Shown piece after piece: positions 37,201 through 48,745 of a stretch of DNA of 59,660 nucleotides. This stretch comes from Chiloscyllium plagiosum (taxonomy: Eukaryota), in assembly GCF_004010195.1 (NCBI RefSeq), contig NC_057757.1, positions 913,686-973,345 on the forward strand, in the 5' to 3' direction. Below the pieces are notes generated by a model. The model worked only from the letters and a program-made list of their open reading frames with translations, did no database searches and was not told where the DNA came from. Each line of letters starts with the position of its first letter. Position 1 is the first letter of the stretch. The position numbers were made by a program, and so were the translations under genes.

Positions 37201-39212
37201 CTTTGAAAAATGATCTGATCATTTGCTCAAAGTTGCTTGAGAGGGCTTGTCATGCACAAACTGACTGCCCCATTTCTACATTACAACAGCAACTACAATT
37301 CAAGAAGACCTACATTGGCTGCAAGGCGCTTTCAGTTACCCTGAGATGGTGAAAGGCACTATAGAAATGAAAATCTGTTATTTTTGTGTTGGGATAGAGA
37401 TAGGTCAGAGTTAGAATCCAGACCACTTGACACAGTGTCTAGTTCCTGTTGCCTACCCCCAAATAAAGTAAAAATTCATCCAGCCTCTTGTGTAATGGCT
37501 TCACCTATTTCTAACAAGTTGATAAAACTGGCCCCTGCTCCAAATGTGTGTTCCAATGGCATCAAGAACATAAGAAAAAGGATTGGCAATAGGCAGTTCA
37601 GTCTCTCAAGATTGTTCTACCATTCAAATACAATCAGGGCTAATTTTGGGCTTCAATTCTCCTTTACTGTCCACTCCCCAAATCTCTCGATTCCCTGATT
37701 CTCTGTTCAGCCCAGCCTTAAACATATTTAATGTTGGAGCATTCATAACCTTTTGGTGTAGAGAATTTGAAAGATTCCCAACAACCTGTGTGAAGAAATC
37801 TCTCCTCATCTAATCCTCAATGGGTCAGCCTCCATTGTAATTTCTCAGATACTGAAATGGTATATATAATGAACACACGGTGAACGTTTTAGATTTAGAT
37901 TAGGTTAGATTACTTACAGTGTGGAAACAGGCCCTTCGGCCCAACAAGTCCATCCCGACCCTCCGAAGAGAAACCCACCCAGACCCATTCCCCTACATGT
38001 ACCCCTTCAGCTAACACTACGGGCAATTTAGCATGGCCAATTCACCTAACCTGCACATTTTCTGGAGTGTGGGAGGACACCGGAGCACCTGGTGGAAACC
38101 CACGCAGACACGGGGAGTATGTGCAACCTCCACACAGACAGTTGCCTGAGGTGGGAATTGAACCTGGGTCTCTGGCGCTGTGAAGCAGCAATGCTAACCA
38201 CTGTGCCACCGTGCCGCCCAGGATGTCGATACTGAAACTGAACACAGAAGGAGCAAGTCAGCATTCAGACATGGTTTGGCATTAATATGAACAACTTCAG
38301 CAAGAGAGAATCTAACCGTCTCCCCGTAACAGTCAATGGCCTTATCACTGCTCAGAAGCCTGTCCCACCATCTACAAGGCACAAGTCAGGAGTGTTATAG
38401 AATACTGTCCACTTGTCTGGATGGGTCAGCTCCAACAACATTCAAGAAGCTTGATGCCATCCAGGACAAAGCAATTCACTTGACTGGCATCCCATCCACC
38501 AACAACACACATTGGCAGCAGTGGGTATTATCTACACCAGCCACTGCAGTAACTCCCACGGCTCCTTTAACAGCAAGTTCCAAACCCTCAACCATCTCGA
38601 AGGAAGAGGGCAGCAGATACGTGGGAACACATCTGCATGCTCCCCTCCGAGCCACTCACCACCCTGACTTGGAACTATATTGCTGTTCCTTCAGTGCCAC
38701 TGGGTCAAAACCCTGGATCTCCCTTTCGAACAGCCCTGAGGTTGTTCCTATGCCCCAAGGATTACAGTGGGGTTCAAGCAGGCAGCTCACCACCACCTTC
38801 TCAAAGGACAATTAGGGATGAGCAAAAAGATGCTAGCCCACCAATGACACCCACATGAAGAGAAATGGGCTCGGCTGATTGCAATAATTGCCCCCAAACA
38901 CTGAACAGTCCCAGGAGTTTTGCCCTGGCCCAGAGATACAAACAGTAACAGTGAGCTCCTTGACTGGCTGTGTGTGCCACACTGGGTACCTGGTTGCGGT
39001 GCTGTGTATCGTACTGGCCCTCCTGCACTCAGATTGCCATTTTGCACTAACAAGGTCTGCTTGGATTTGAGTGCACCGGTGGTGGGTTCGAGTCTCTGCT
39101 GCTCCCGGTAAACAGTCGATGCGGAGATGGAGGGCGTGCCCAACACCGGGGCGGGAATGCTTTCCGGAAGGTTACTGCTGCACTTTGGAGGAAGCCAAGT
39201 CGGGCTAGACAT
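25027..39212 (-). CDS. TRIP6: TRIP6-like zyxin/LPP-family LIM protein, spliced CDS, 3'-incomplete: join(39212-38990, 34479-34322, 31517-31398, 30748-29960, 28064-27944, 26969-26800, 25205-25027)
   Basis: Seven exons with AG/GT boundaries and compatible phases (1,0,0,0,1,0,2) give one open frame. Motifs MSSPTWLPPK, SSIDAEIDSLTSML, SYTTAST.GPAFNVQVKVAQPV, EEELDQITKKLVHDMNNPP.EYFG, LIM1 and LIM2. PTWLPPK, VQVKVAQPV, KKLVHDMN, RAMG and DATSQIHCIEDFH match recalled TRIP6 better than LPP. Confidence 0.88.
25450..25806. mobile_element. Two adjacent family A Penelope-like termini (one single, one foldback)
   Basis: 25451-25574 flanked by tcacaggag; 25605-25806 has inverted arms. Confidence 0.75.
26460..26790. 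repeat. CpG-rich 26-bp minisatellite with two unit types, abutting the TRIP6 LIM1 donor
   Basis: ggccgcctgtcccccacgccgtagac about 7 times from 26495, then ggccgtgtgttctgtacaccgtaacc about 4-5 times to 26790. Confidence 0.93.
26800..26969 (-). CDS. TRIP6: TRIP6 coding exon 6, LIM domain 1
   Basis: GRCARCGENVVGDGTGCIAMDQVFHVDCFTCMTCRCRLRGQPFYAIDKKSYCESCYI; 170 nt; ATC|GTAAGT donor. Confidence 0.95.
27944..28064 (-). CDS. TRIP6: TRIP6 coding exon 5, pre-LIM (APCGPP...RPEEELDQITKKLVHDMNNPPTEEYF)
   Basis: ctgtcctcAG acceptor, G|GTGAGT donor, 121 nt, phase 0 to 1. Confidence 0.92.
29440..29935 (+). mobile_element. L2-like LINE 3' fragment with an internal tandem amplification
   Basis: ccctccctatctct.taa units, then gccatgccttcagctgcctgg..ctctgg.attccctccc..aaac and cgctcctgtgaagc tail. 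Confidence 0.6.
29960..30748 (-). CDS. TRIP6: TRIP6 coding exon 4, long Pro/Tyr-rich exon (263 codons)
   Basis: ttttgcAG acceptor, AAG|GTAAGA donor, 789 nt; contains ASYTTASTSTGPAFNVQVKVAQPV. Confidence 0.92.
31398..31517 (-). CDS. TRIP6: TRIP6 coding exon 3 (TRPLEKPVNRPSSIDAEIDSLTSMLADMENNSPFQPRTRQ)
   Basis: tttacAG acceptor, CAG|GTGAGA donor, 120 nt; conserved LPP/TRIP6 DAEIDSL helix. Confidence 0.92.
32388..33037 (+). mobile_element. HER1/CR1 LINE 3' end, well preserved
   Basis: ORF 32357-32842 encodes the CR1 ORF2 C-terminus; tail ctgtacatctctatgactct. Confidence 0.9.
33562..33885 (-). mobile_element. HE1-type tRNA-derived V-SINE, near full length
   Basis: Minus strand A/B boxes ggtggctcagtggttagcac..ggattcaattcc; V-domain tgtgtggagtttgcacattctccccgtgtctgc; (aatct)n tail. 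Confidence 0.88.
34322..34479 (-). CDS. TRIP6: TRIP6 coding exon 2 (GLELQAPAEG...SAEHRYPPGSGAREERTPVSW...HETQ)
   Basis: Acceptor ttttccgacAG, donor CAG|GTGAGG, 158 nt, open in the required phase (1 to 0); resembles recalled TRIP6 SEQCYQAPGGPEDRGPAW...HTQ. Not in the ORF track in this frame. Confidence 0.78.
35200..35716 (+). mobile_element. Penelope-like element 3' region (family B-related)
   Basis: Ends in cacctcccgatgatggggcagcactctgaaagcttgtg..aataaa.ctgttggactataacctgg. Confidence 0.55.
35720..36162. repeat. 31/33-bp minisatellite, about 13 units
   Basis: Same unit as 10853-11292. Confidence 0.93.
37108..37378 (+). mobile_element. DeuSINE-like (SacSINE1-type) fragment; related pieces near 10300-10630, 25930-26050, 31700-31960 and 49340-49900
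   Basis: ggtggatgtaaaaga..tcccatggcacta...ctcaaccaacatc...acattacaacag..actaca.ttcaa..cattggctg.aa.gcgcttt...gtgaaaggc.ctataga resembles recalled Deu-domain SINEs. Confidence 0.6.
37888..38219 (-). mobile_element. HE1-type V-SINE, full length
   Basis: Starts gggcggcacggtggcacagtggttagc on the minus strand; V-domain; aatct tail. Confidence 0.9.
38990..39212 (-). CDS. TRIP6: TRIP6 coding exon 1 (start codon; MSSPTWLPPK...YTAPQP)
   Basis: ATG at 39212-39210; acceptor AG just upstream (exon starts 39221), implying a further non-coding exon; donor CAG|GTACCC; 223 nt, phase 1. Confidence 0.88.
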
Positions 39213-40081
39213 CACCAAATCCTAAGGGGTCAAACACACACATCATTATTAACTTGCATGTGTGACTCACTAGGAGATGACAGCATCAAATCTCCACCTT
39301 TCAAACAACAGAACTGATCAAAATTCAATACCCAGCAATATTCCTTTGCTGCAGTGGTGGAGAGAGAAAGGCTGTGATCCAAGGGGAGGGAAAGGGATTA
39401 ATGGAGGATTGCAAGACTGGGGGCAGAGAGAGAAAATGAGAAAGCAAGAGACAATAAGAGCAAATGAATGAAACAAGGAAAGCAAGTCGGAGAGAAAAAG
39501 GAGGGAGCAAAATAGTTACAGACAGCAAGGAGCAGAGGAGGGAAAGAGCAAAGGGAGAGAAAGTGAAAAGGGAAAAATGGAAAGACAGCATCAGCATGAG
39601 GGAGGGAGCAACAGTGTGAGAGAGAGGAGCAAGAGAAGGAGCATGTAAGTGGGAGAGAGGACACAGGAATGTGTGAGAGAATGCATGATAAAGAGGTGCA
39701 AGCAAGAGAGTGAAGGACAGAGACAAATTGAGTGAGTGACAGCATGTGAGAAAGATTGAGAGAAAGAAAATGGTGGAAGTGTGTGCAATCTCAGTTTGAA
39801 ACCCATACAAATTGAAATTTGGAAGTGAGAATGCAGACATCAAATCCTGTCATAAAAACGCCCTTCTCACTCTGCTGTCCCCCTTCCCTCCTGAAGCCCA
39901 CTTGTCGCAACAGGATAAAAGAATCAAGAAACTTTGACCAACATCTTTCCCATCATCGACAGAAGCACAGCTCCCGAATCCGCCTTCCTCTCTGGAAGTG
40001 ACTGAACACAGAGAAAAACAATGTGAAGAAAGAATTCCCCTGGAGACTGGAGACCAGGGCCTGAAGGAATCCGCAATTTTA

Positions 40082-40091
40082 CCTAATATGG
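40082..40091. promoter_or_regulatory. Perfect CArG box (SRF site) upstream of TRIP6 coding exon 1
   Basis: CCTAATATGG, the reverse complement of CCATATTAGG (the c-fos SRE core), in unique sequence about 870 bp from the ATG. Confidence 0.45.
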
Positions 40092-40523
40092 TGCTGAGAT
40101 TAACACACGCAGAGCGGGTCAGTGGCATTCAAAAATATAAATCCCTCCCAGCCAAACAAGTGTTGAATCTCTCCACTCTGCCATCAGCGAGTTGAAGCCA
40201 GTAGGAAAAACAATTCGGCTGTTTTTACTCTCAACATTTTGTATTCAAGGAACAGGATGCAGGTGGCCCTTGAAAGGAGGAAGAGTGGTTTATGATCAGG
40301 ACAGCTAATTTGTTTGCTTAAAAATGTCTCTCTCTCCTCCTCCCACAGGAGCTTTTATTCACCAGAACAGGAGTAGGCCATTCCAGCCCTCCAGGCTGTT
40401 ACATTTGAAAAAAGATGAGCCAATCTGGAGACTAACCCTAACTCCAACCTCGAAAATTCTTTCATTCCAACTGTGACCAATGTGGAGAACAAAATTTGGG
40501 GAGGGATTTACAAAAGTTAAAAG

Positions 40524-41500
40524 CAGAGAGAGAGAGAGAGAAAGAAAGAGAGAGAGAGAGTGAGTGCAAGGAGGCAGTCAGAAAAAGAGCGAGGGGGCAT
40601 AAGTGAGGTCAACAGAGAAAGGAACTGAGAGGGGCAGAGTGACAGTGAGCAAACTACAGGTCATAAAATAGCGAGCAAGTNNNNNNNNNNNNNNNNNNNN
40701 NNNNNNNNNNNNNNNNNNNNNNNNNNNNNNNNNNNNNNNNNNNNNNNNNNNNNNNNNNNNNNNNNNNNNNNNNNNNNNNNNNNNNNNNNNNNNNNNNNNN
40801 NNNNNNNNNNNNNNNNNNNNNNNNNNNNNNNNNNNNNNNNNNNNNNNNNNNNNNNNNNNNNNNNNNNNNNNNNNNNNNNNNNNNNNNNNNNNNNNNNNNN
40901 NNNNNNNNNNNNNNNNNNNNNNNNNNNNNNNNNNNNNNNNNNNNNNNNNNNNNNNNNNNNNNNNNNNNNNNNNNNNNNNNNNNNNNNNNNNNNNNNNNNN
41001 NNNNNNNNNNNNNNNNNNNNNNNNNNNNNNNNNNNNNNNNNNNNNNNNNNNNNNNNNNNNNNNNNNNNNNNNNNNNNNNNNGGGGAGAGTGAGCGAGGCA
41101 GAGAGAGAGTGAGAAAGACAGGCAGAGAGAGTGAGTGAGCAGGGCAGACAGAAAGCGAGCAAAACAGGGTCAGAGGTCAGACAGAGAGCATGAGCCAAGG
41201 AGTTTGAGCAAAAGTGGCAGACACAGAGAAAGCAAGGGAGAGAGGCAGACAGACAGAGACAGTGAAGTGCAAACACAGAAAGAGCAGAGAGAGATAGAGA
41301 GAGAGGGAAACAAGCAGAGAGATGGTGTGTATCTGTGTGGGTGAGTGTTGGCAAATAGAGAGAGCAGGGCAGAATGTGTGTGAAGGGGCAGAGTGGGAGA
41401 AGACAGGAGGGAGGGGCTTAGAGAGCATATGAGCAGTGGCCAGGGAGTGAGAGGAACAAACAGACAGAGAGGCAAACTGGGAGAGAGCAAGAGGAAGACA
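40524..41500. repeat. GA-rich low-complexity/microsatellite region spanning a gap; a similar tract lies at 39400-39790
   Basis: (AG)n at 40526-40560 and a purine-rich degenerate tract. Confidence 0.8.
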
Positions 41501-42729
41501 GTAATGACCTCCATGTATCCATGTCACTCTAGCCTTATTCTGTACTCCTGAGTTTGAGAACACCAGCAATTCTAGCCCTTTGGGCAGTGACATGGGAACA
41601 GTCTCTATACGAACATTTATCAAAGTGGCTGTGGAACATTCTGAACTGTGCTGACATCCTGATCTCCAAGTACTGGTTAATAAGCTTTTTCTTTTCATGT
41701 TAAGAGGTGAATGCTAGCAAAAGGATCACTCTCCTTGCTTTGAACAAAGGTTTTTGACATGTCAGAGCTCCTTGTGGAGCATTAGTGGGCTTTCCTGGGT
41801 GAGAGAGCCATGGAAAAGGAGGAATAGGAAGGTGACTGATGGAGAGAACAGAGACATCCCTTTGCTTCCTGCAGCCAGACCCCTTGTCCCTTGAGTCTGT
41901 CCTTATCCAATGTTATTCACCCTTGCTGCGGAGACCAGGATTTGGACCTTGTTAAACTTCCAGATATTTTCTACAAGTCTACCCCTTGCAGGTAGCGAGA
42001 GAATTCCACAAATGTGACAAGGGGACCTCTTTCAGACACAAATCCTGGATGAAGATGGAGAGGGGATTTGAGAGAGATGCAGAAGATCATGAACAGGGAT
42101 CTTGTGCTGAAGTGGTGGTGTCTCACCGTCTCGATCAGAACACCTAAATTCAAGCACCATCTGTCGGCTGTAATATCTTTGAACAGGTTGCTACAAATAA
42201 TTATAAGGTCAGGAGGTTTCTGGGTAAAGTTGGTAGGGTGAAATTGTTCCCATTAGCGAAAAGTAAACTGGCAAAAAGAGGGCAAGGAAAAAGCATTTTC
42301 AAGTGGATTGTATGATGAAAATAAATCAGAAGTTGCTGGAAAAGCTCAGCAGGTCTGATAGCATCAGTGAGGACAAATAAGTGTTCATGTTTCGGGTTGA
42401 GTGAGCCTTCCTCAGATGGATGATGAAAGGTTGGATCAGCTAGGCTTGTATCCACTGCAATGAAACATGCAAGTTCCTGAGGGGTCCTGATACAGAGCAT
42501 ATGGAGCAGTTGTTTCTTCTTATGGAAGAATCTACAACGGTTTCAAAGATGAGGAGACTTTTTCTTTCAGAGTGTCATGAGTCTTTGTAATTCTCTTCCT
42601 AAAAAGGCAGAGTTCTTGAATGTCTTTAAGCCACAGGTGAATAGATTCTTGTTAAGCAAGGGAGTGAATGGTTATCAGGGGAGATGGGAGTGTGCATTGG
42701 AGTTCACAATCCAATTAGCTATGGTCTTA

Positions 42730-43490
42730 TTACATAGAACGGAGAACAGTGCAGCACAGTACAGGCCCTTCAGCCCACGATGTTGTGCTGAGTATTTCCC
42801 TTAATCTAAGATTAACCAAACCTACACACCCCTCAATTTACTGCCATCTATGTGTTTGTCCAGCAGTCGCTTCAGTATCCCGAATGTCTCTGACTCTCCT
42901 ACCACTGCTAGCATTGCAATCCATGCACCCACCACTCTCTGTGTAAAGAATCTACCTCTGCCATCTCCCCCAAACCTTCCTCCAATCACCTTAAAATGAT
43001 GCCCCCTCGAGACAGCCATTTCTGCCCTGGGGAAACGTCTCTGGCTATCACTCTATCAATGCCTCTCATTACCTTGTACAGGTCTATCAAGTCACCTCTC
43101 TTCCTTCTCTCCAGTGTGAAAAGCCCAAGCTCACTCAACCTCTCTTCATAAGCCAAGTCCTCCAATCCAGGGAGCATCCTGGTAAATCTTCTCTGCACCC
43201 TCTCTAAAGCATCTACATCCTTCCTATAATGAGGCGACCAGAACTGGACACAATATTCCAAGTGTGGTCGAGCCAGGGTTTTATAGAGCAGCAGCTCTTA
43301 AACTCAATCCCCCTGTTAATGAAAACCAAAACACCATACGCCTTCTTAACAACCTGATCAATTTGGGCGGCAACTTTGAGGGATCGATGTACGTGGACCC
43401 AAGATCCCAGTGTTCCTCCACACTGCCAAGAATCGGAACTTTAACCATGTATTCAGCATTCGACCTTCCAAAGGGAATCACTTTGCATTA
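42730..43490 (-). mobile_element. CR1 LINE 3' fragment
   Basis: [40 protein letters not shown]. Confidence 0.88.
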
Positions 43491-44024
43491 TTAAATGGTA
43501 GGACAGACTTATGGGGCCAAATGGCCGACAGGGAAAAGAGCAGGGGCATGAGACATAGCAAGTTGCTCTTGCAGAGAGCCAGCAACAACACAATGGCGGA
43601 ATGGCCTCGTTGTTAATGCAGGAACTGTTCTTATGATAACACTGCCAAACCACACTTGCCTATATGCCATTTGCATCCCTGCAACCCTCACATGGGGCTC
43701 CACATCACCATCAAACAGGAGACACATGACAGCTATCCGGCGTAGAATTCTGCCTTATCTTCCATTTCCCCCAAGCTGCTGTGGGGGGGACTGGCACACA
43801 GGCCAAATAATACACCAGCTGCCTCAGTGAAACCCTGCTAACTCAGCACAGTTTCAGTCATGGGTCTGTCCTGGTTGAGTCAGCATTTACGTCAAGCATT
43901 TGTCACTGGATAACTGTGAAACTGAACGTAGCAGTCAATTTATCTCATGACTGAAACTAATTTTAAAAATCTTGCCCCAATCCCTAATAATGGGCAGAGG
44001 ATCATTTACATGAATCCAAAGGAT

Positions 44025-44918
44025 CCCTCAGTACAGTGACTCTCCAACAGGGCAGCACTCCCTCAGCACTGACCCTCTGACAGTGTGGTGCTCTCTCAGC
44101 ACTGATATTCCAACAGATCTAGATCACTGACAGTGCGGCACTCACTCAACACTGACCCTCCAACAGTGCAGCGCTCCCTCAGCACTGATCCTCCGACAGT
44201 GTGGTGCTCCCCCTCCAACAGTCCCTCAGCACTGACCCTCCGACAGTACCTACTCACTCTGCACTGACCCTTCGACAGTGCGGCGCTCCCTCAGCACTGA
44301 CCCTGCGACAGTGCAGCGCTCCCTCAGCACTGACCCTCGAACAGGGCAGCGCTCCCTCAGCACTGACTCTCCGACAGTGCTGCGCTCCCTCAGCACTGAC
44401 CCTCCGACAGTGCAGCGCTCCCTCAGCACTGACCCTCCGACAGTGCAGCGCTTCCTCAGCACTGACCTTCCGACAGTGCAGCGCTCCCTCAGCACTGACC
44501 CTCCGACAGTGCACACTCACTCAGCACTGACCCTCTGACAGTGCAGTACTCCCTCAGCACTGACCCTCCGACCGCGCGGTGCTCCCTCGGGACTGACCTT
44601 CCAACAGTGCGGCGCTCCCCCTCCAATAATCCCTCAGCACTGACCCTCCAACAATGCAGCGCTCCCTCAGCACTGACACTCTGACAGTGCGGTGCTCCCT
44701 CAGCACTGACCCTCCGACAGTGCCCACTCCCTCAGCACTGACCCTCCGACAGTGCGGCACTCCCTCAGCATTGATTGTCCGACAATGCCCACTCCCTCAA
44801 CACTGACCCTCCGACAATGCCCACTCCCTCTGCACTGACCCTCCGACAATGCCCACTCCCTCAGCACTGACCCTCCTTCAGCACTGACCTTTGACAATGC
44901 AACATTCCCTCAGTACCG
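44025..44918. repeat. 31/33-bp minisatellite, about 27 units
   Basis: Same unit as the three other arrays. Confidence 0.94.
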
Positions 44919-45854
44919 CACTGGTTGAATTGGCCCTGATCTTGTGCTGTTTGTGTTTGATGTGAGACAATTGTGCCTGTTTGAATCTCAGAAGAACGTC
45001 TCTTTCCTGAGGGACTGCAAAAGCTAGAGTCTGTTCTGCTGCAGAGAGAGAGTGATGAGAATTTAGTACCATACTGCAGAGCAGGCCAAGGTCACAGATC
45101 ACAAGATCACACAGGGATTTTAAACATTCCAACAGAGATGCCTCAGCACATATTCCCGACAGACAAGCAGAGATAAATGAAAAAGCATTCTGACCTACCT
45201 AACTCTGACAAAACAGGTGGGGAGCGATGGCCTGAGGCCCACCCACAGCCAGCTTGGCTTTTCGATGACTTTACCGTGAAGAAGGGGGTCAGCACATGCA
45301 GGCCTCATCAGGCAGAGCCCAGTACTCAGTATCAATGTCAGGCTAGTAGTTGTGGCTGGGCATGTCCAGGCAAGGGACTTGGTAGCCTCAGCTCAAACAG
45401 GAAACGACAAGTTTTCAAAATGCAGACTTTGTTCAAAAGGAACTGAAAGAGGCAATGTATTCTCAGCCTGAGCTCCCCGCGGCTCCAATACAAAGGAGTG
45501 CAGGTTATGTTTGAGTTTATCAAATCTCTGGTTTCACTATGTTCTGGAGTAAGACTGTTCCGACAGGGTCTCGGCTGCACACCTTAGGAAGCAGTGTTCG
45601 GCTCTGGAGGGTTAGCGCCGTAAGAAATAAGAACAAGAGTAGGCCATTCGGCCCCTCGAGCCTGCTCCGCCATTCAATAGGATCATGTCTGACCTGACAG
45701 TCCTTCCTGCCTTTTCTCGTAACCCTTGCTTCTCCTTCTGATCAAGGATCTATCGATCTCAGCATTTAGTATACATAAGGACCCTGCCCCCACAAGTCTT
45801 TATGGCAAAGAGTTCCAAAGACACTCAATGCTCAGAGACGAAATTTCTCCTCAA

Positions 45855-46440
45855 GGAGTTGGGAGGTCATGTTGCGGCTGTACAGGACATTGGTTGGAAT
45901 ATTGCGTGCAATTCTGGTCTCGCTGCCATAGGAAAGGTGTTGTGAAACTTGAAAGCGTTCAGAAAAGATTTTCAAGAATGTTGCCAGGGTTGCAGCTATA
46001 GGGAGAGGCTGAACAGGCTGGGGCTGTTTTCCCTGGAACATCGGAGGCTGAGGGGGCGACCTTATAGAGGTTTACAAAATCATGAGGGGTGTGGATAGGG
46101 TTAATAGACAAGGTCTCTTCCCTGGGATTGGGGGGATGGGGGAGTCCCGAACTAGAAGGCATAGGTTTAGGGTGAGAGGGCAAAGATATAAAAATGACCT
46201 CAGGGGCAATTTTTTCACACAGAGGATGATGCGTGTATGGAATGAGCTGCCAGAAAAACTGATGGAAGCTGGTCTAATTAAAACATTTAAAAGGGTGGGT
46301 GTATGAATAGGAAGGGGTTATAGGGATATGGACCAAATGCTGGCAAATGGGACAAGATTAATTTAGGATATCTGGTCAGCACAGACGAGTTGGATCAAAG
46401 GGTCTGTTTTCCATGCTGTACAGCTCTATGACTCTATCTC
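45855..46440 (+). mobile_element. HER1/CR1 LINE 3' fragment nested in an older minus-strand CR1-like element (45620-46640)
   Basis: [21 protein letters not shown]; gaaatttctcctc at the left edge continues as atctc..gtc at the right edge. Confidence 0.8.
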
Positions 46441-48002
46441 AAGTCGGAGAATATGCCCTTGGTCATAGCCTTTCCCATGAGGGGAAATATTCTCTCAGCA
46501 TTTACCCTGCCAAGCCCCATAAGAATCCAATATGAGATTACCTCTTATTCTTCGAAACTTCAGTGAGTAGAGGCCCAAATGTTTAGTGCTTGTTCATAAG
46601 ACAATGCCTCCCTCCCGAAGATCATCCGAGTGAACCTTCTCTGGTAGTAGATGGCACACAGCAGGTTTACCGGAATGATCCCGGCTGACATTCCCTTGCG
46701 TCTGGAAGATTATGAGGTGATCTTTAAGATTAAAGGATCTGATGGTGCAAATGGAGTAAAATGGTTTCCTTTGTTGGAAGATGCTTGTTGGGGGGAGAGG
46801 GGTGGGGGGCAAGGTTTGGAGACCAGAAGCTTGAAACTGGAGCCAGGACTTCCAACGGTGATGTCAGAAAGCACTTCCTCACACAAAGGGAAGTGAAAAT
46901 CTGGAAACCTCTCTCTCCAAAAAAGCTGTTCAGGCCATTGGTAAATTGATGTTTTCAATGCTGTGACTGAACATTTGTTCAAGGTGATTAGAGAGTGGGG
47001 CATAAGAGGGAAAACGCCCCTTGTTCTCTAGCCTGGATATGTGTGATGCCCAAGTAGTTCAATAACCTGTCAAAGTTTAAATTCTAAGTGCACTCACAAA
47101 TGGCTGATCAAGACTATTTTATGCAGACAGTGTAGAGAAAGCTTTACTGTCAGTTTAAAAGAGTGGAGGTAGCTTAATGCTGTACCTAACCCCATGCTGT
47201 ACCTGTCCTGGGGGCGTTTGGTGGGATCTGTGTACAGGGAACTTTTACTTAGTGTATTCTGTGATACACCCCAGACCCCAGTGTTGTACAATACATATCC
47301 AACTCAAAGATATTTATTCTGCTTCCACTGCACTTTCAGGCAGAATGTTCTAAATCACAACTTAGAAAGTGACGGAAAATTCTCATCTTTCCTGGTTCTT
47401 TTGCAGATTTGTTCAACCAGCGTTCCTCTGTTGGCATCCCCCCGCCACAGGAAACAGTTTTTTCTTACTTACTCATTGAAAACCCTTCAAGATTTCGATC
47501 ACACCAGTTAAATCTCTCCACCCCTGCTCCATGGAGAATGGCTTCTCCAGTCTCAATGAACTGAAGCTGCTCATCCCTGAGGCCATTCTGGGGAAATCTC
47601 TGTACCCTCTCCAAGGCCTCAACATTCCTCCTTTGGGGCGGGGCCCAGAATTTGACACAATTCTCCAGCTAAGGCTTGATCACTTGAGGCGCACGAGACA
47701 TTGCTGTGCACACAATTGTTATGGCAAAGGTGTGTGGGTTTATAGCGATCAGAAACTTACCCACTCCTCCAACCTTATGGACAAGCCGTCCCCACACTCA
47801 CGACCGCATTTATCCAGCCAGCCAGGATTCACAGGAACAGTTCCAGGCTGAGGAATCCAGCTGTGAAGACAGGTTGGAGGAACTGGGACTGGTAGAGTGG
47901 GTGGAGACAAGATTTCATCCAGGTTTTCATAAACCACAAGGGGTCTGGAAAGAGTCAGCAGGGAGAAACCATTCCCAATGATGATAGGATCGATGACCAG
48001 AG

Positions 48003-48745
48003 ATTCATAGGGGTGTACAGCATGGAAACAGACCCTTCGGTCCAACTTGCCCATGCCGACCAGATATTCTAAATTAATCTAGTCCCGTTTGCCAGCATTT
48101 ATCCCATATCCTTCTAAACCCTTCCCTTTCATGCACCCATCATTATATGTTTTAAATGTTGTAATTTACCCGCCTTCATCACTTCCTCCGGCAGCTCATT
48201 CCATACACACACAGTGTGTGAAAGAGTTGCCCCTTCTATCTTTCCCCTCTCACCTTAAACACACAGCCCTCTAATTTTGGACTCCCCCACTAGACCGTGG
48301 CTATTCATCCTATCCATGCCCCATAAACCATGATTCTATGAGGTTACCCCTCAGCCTCTGATGTTCCAGGGAAAACAGCCCCAGCCTATTCAGCCTCTCC
48401 CTGTAGCTCAAACCCTCCAACCCTGGCAACATCCTTGTAAATCTTTTCTGAACCTTTTCAAGTTTCACAACATCCTTCCCAAAGCAGGGAGACCAGAATT
48501 GAGTATTCCAAAAGTCAATACAAACCAATGTTCTGTATAGCCACAAAGTGACATCCCAACCCCTATACTCAATGCACTGACCAACAAAGACAAGCATAAC
48601 AAATGCCTTCCTCACTACCCTGTTCATCTGTGACTCTGTCCTCAAGGAGCTACGAACCTATACCTCAAGGTCTCCTTGTTTGGCAACACACCCCAGGACC
48701 TTACAATTGTAAGTGTCTAAGTCTTGCCTTGACTTACTTACCAAA
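48003..48745 (-). mobile_element. HER1/CR1 LINE 3' fragment
   Basis: [38 protein letters not shown]. Confidence 0.85.

Noticed and set aside
25027..39212. Calling the LIM gene LPP
   Set aside because: LIM1 is LPP-like, but the N-terminus, exon 2, VQVKVAQPV, KKLVHDMN and DATSQIHC match TRIP6, and the compact introns and BCL6B neighbour agree. A tree is still needed.
10853..44918. 33-bp repeat arrays as CRISPR-like arrays or as coding ORFs (ECRTVGGSVLR / LSTDPPTV peptides)
   Set aside because: Units are contiguous with no unique spacers, there are no cas genes and the context is vertebrate. The ORFs are open only because the unit lacks stops in some frames.
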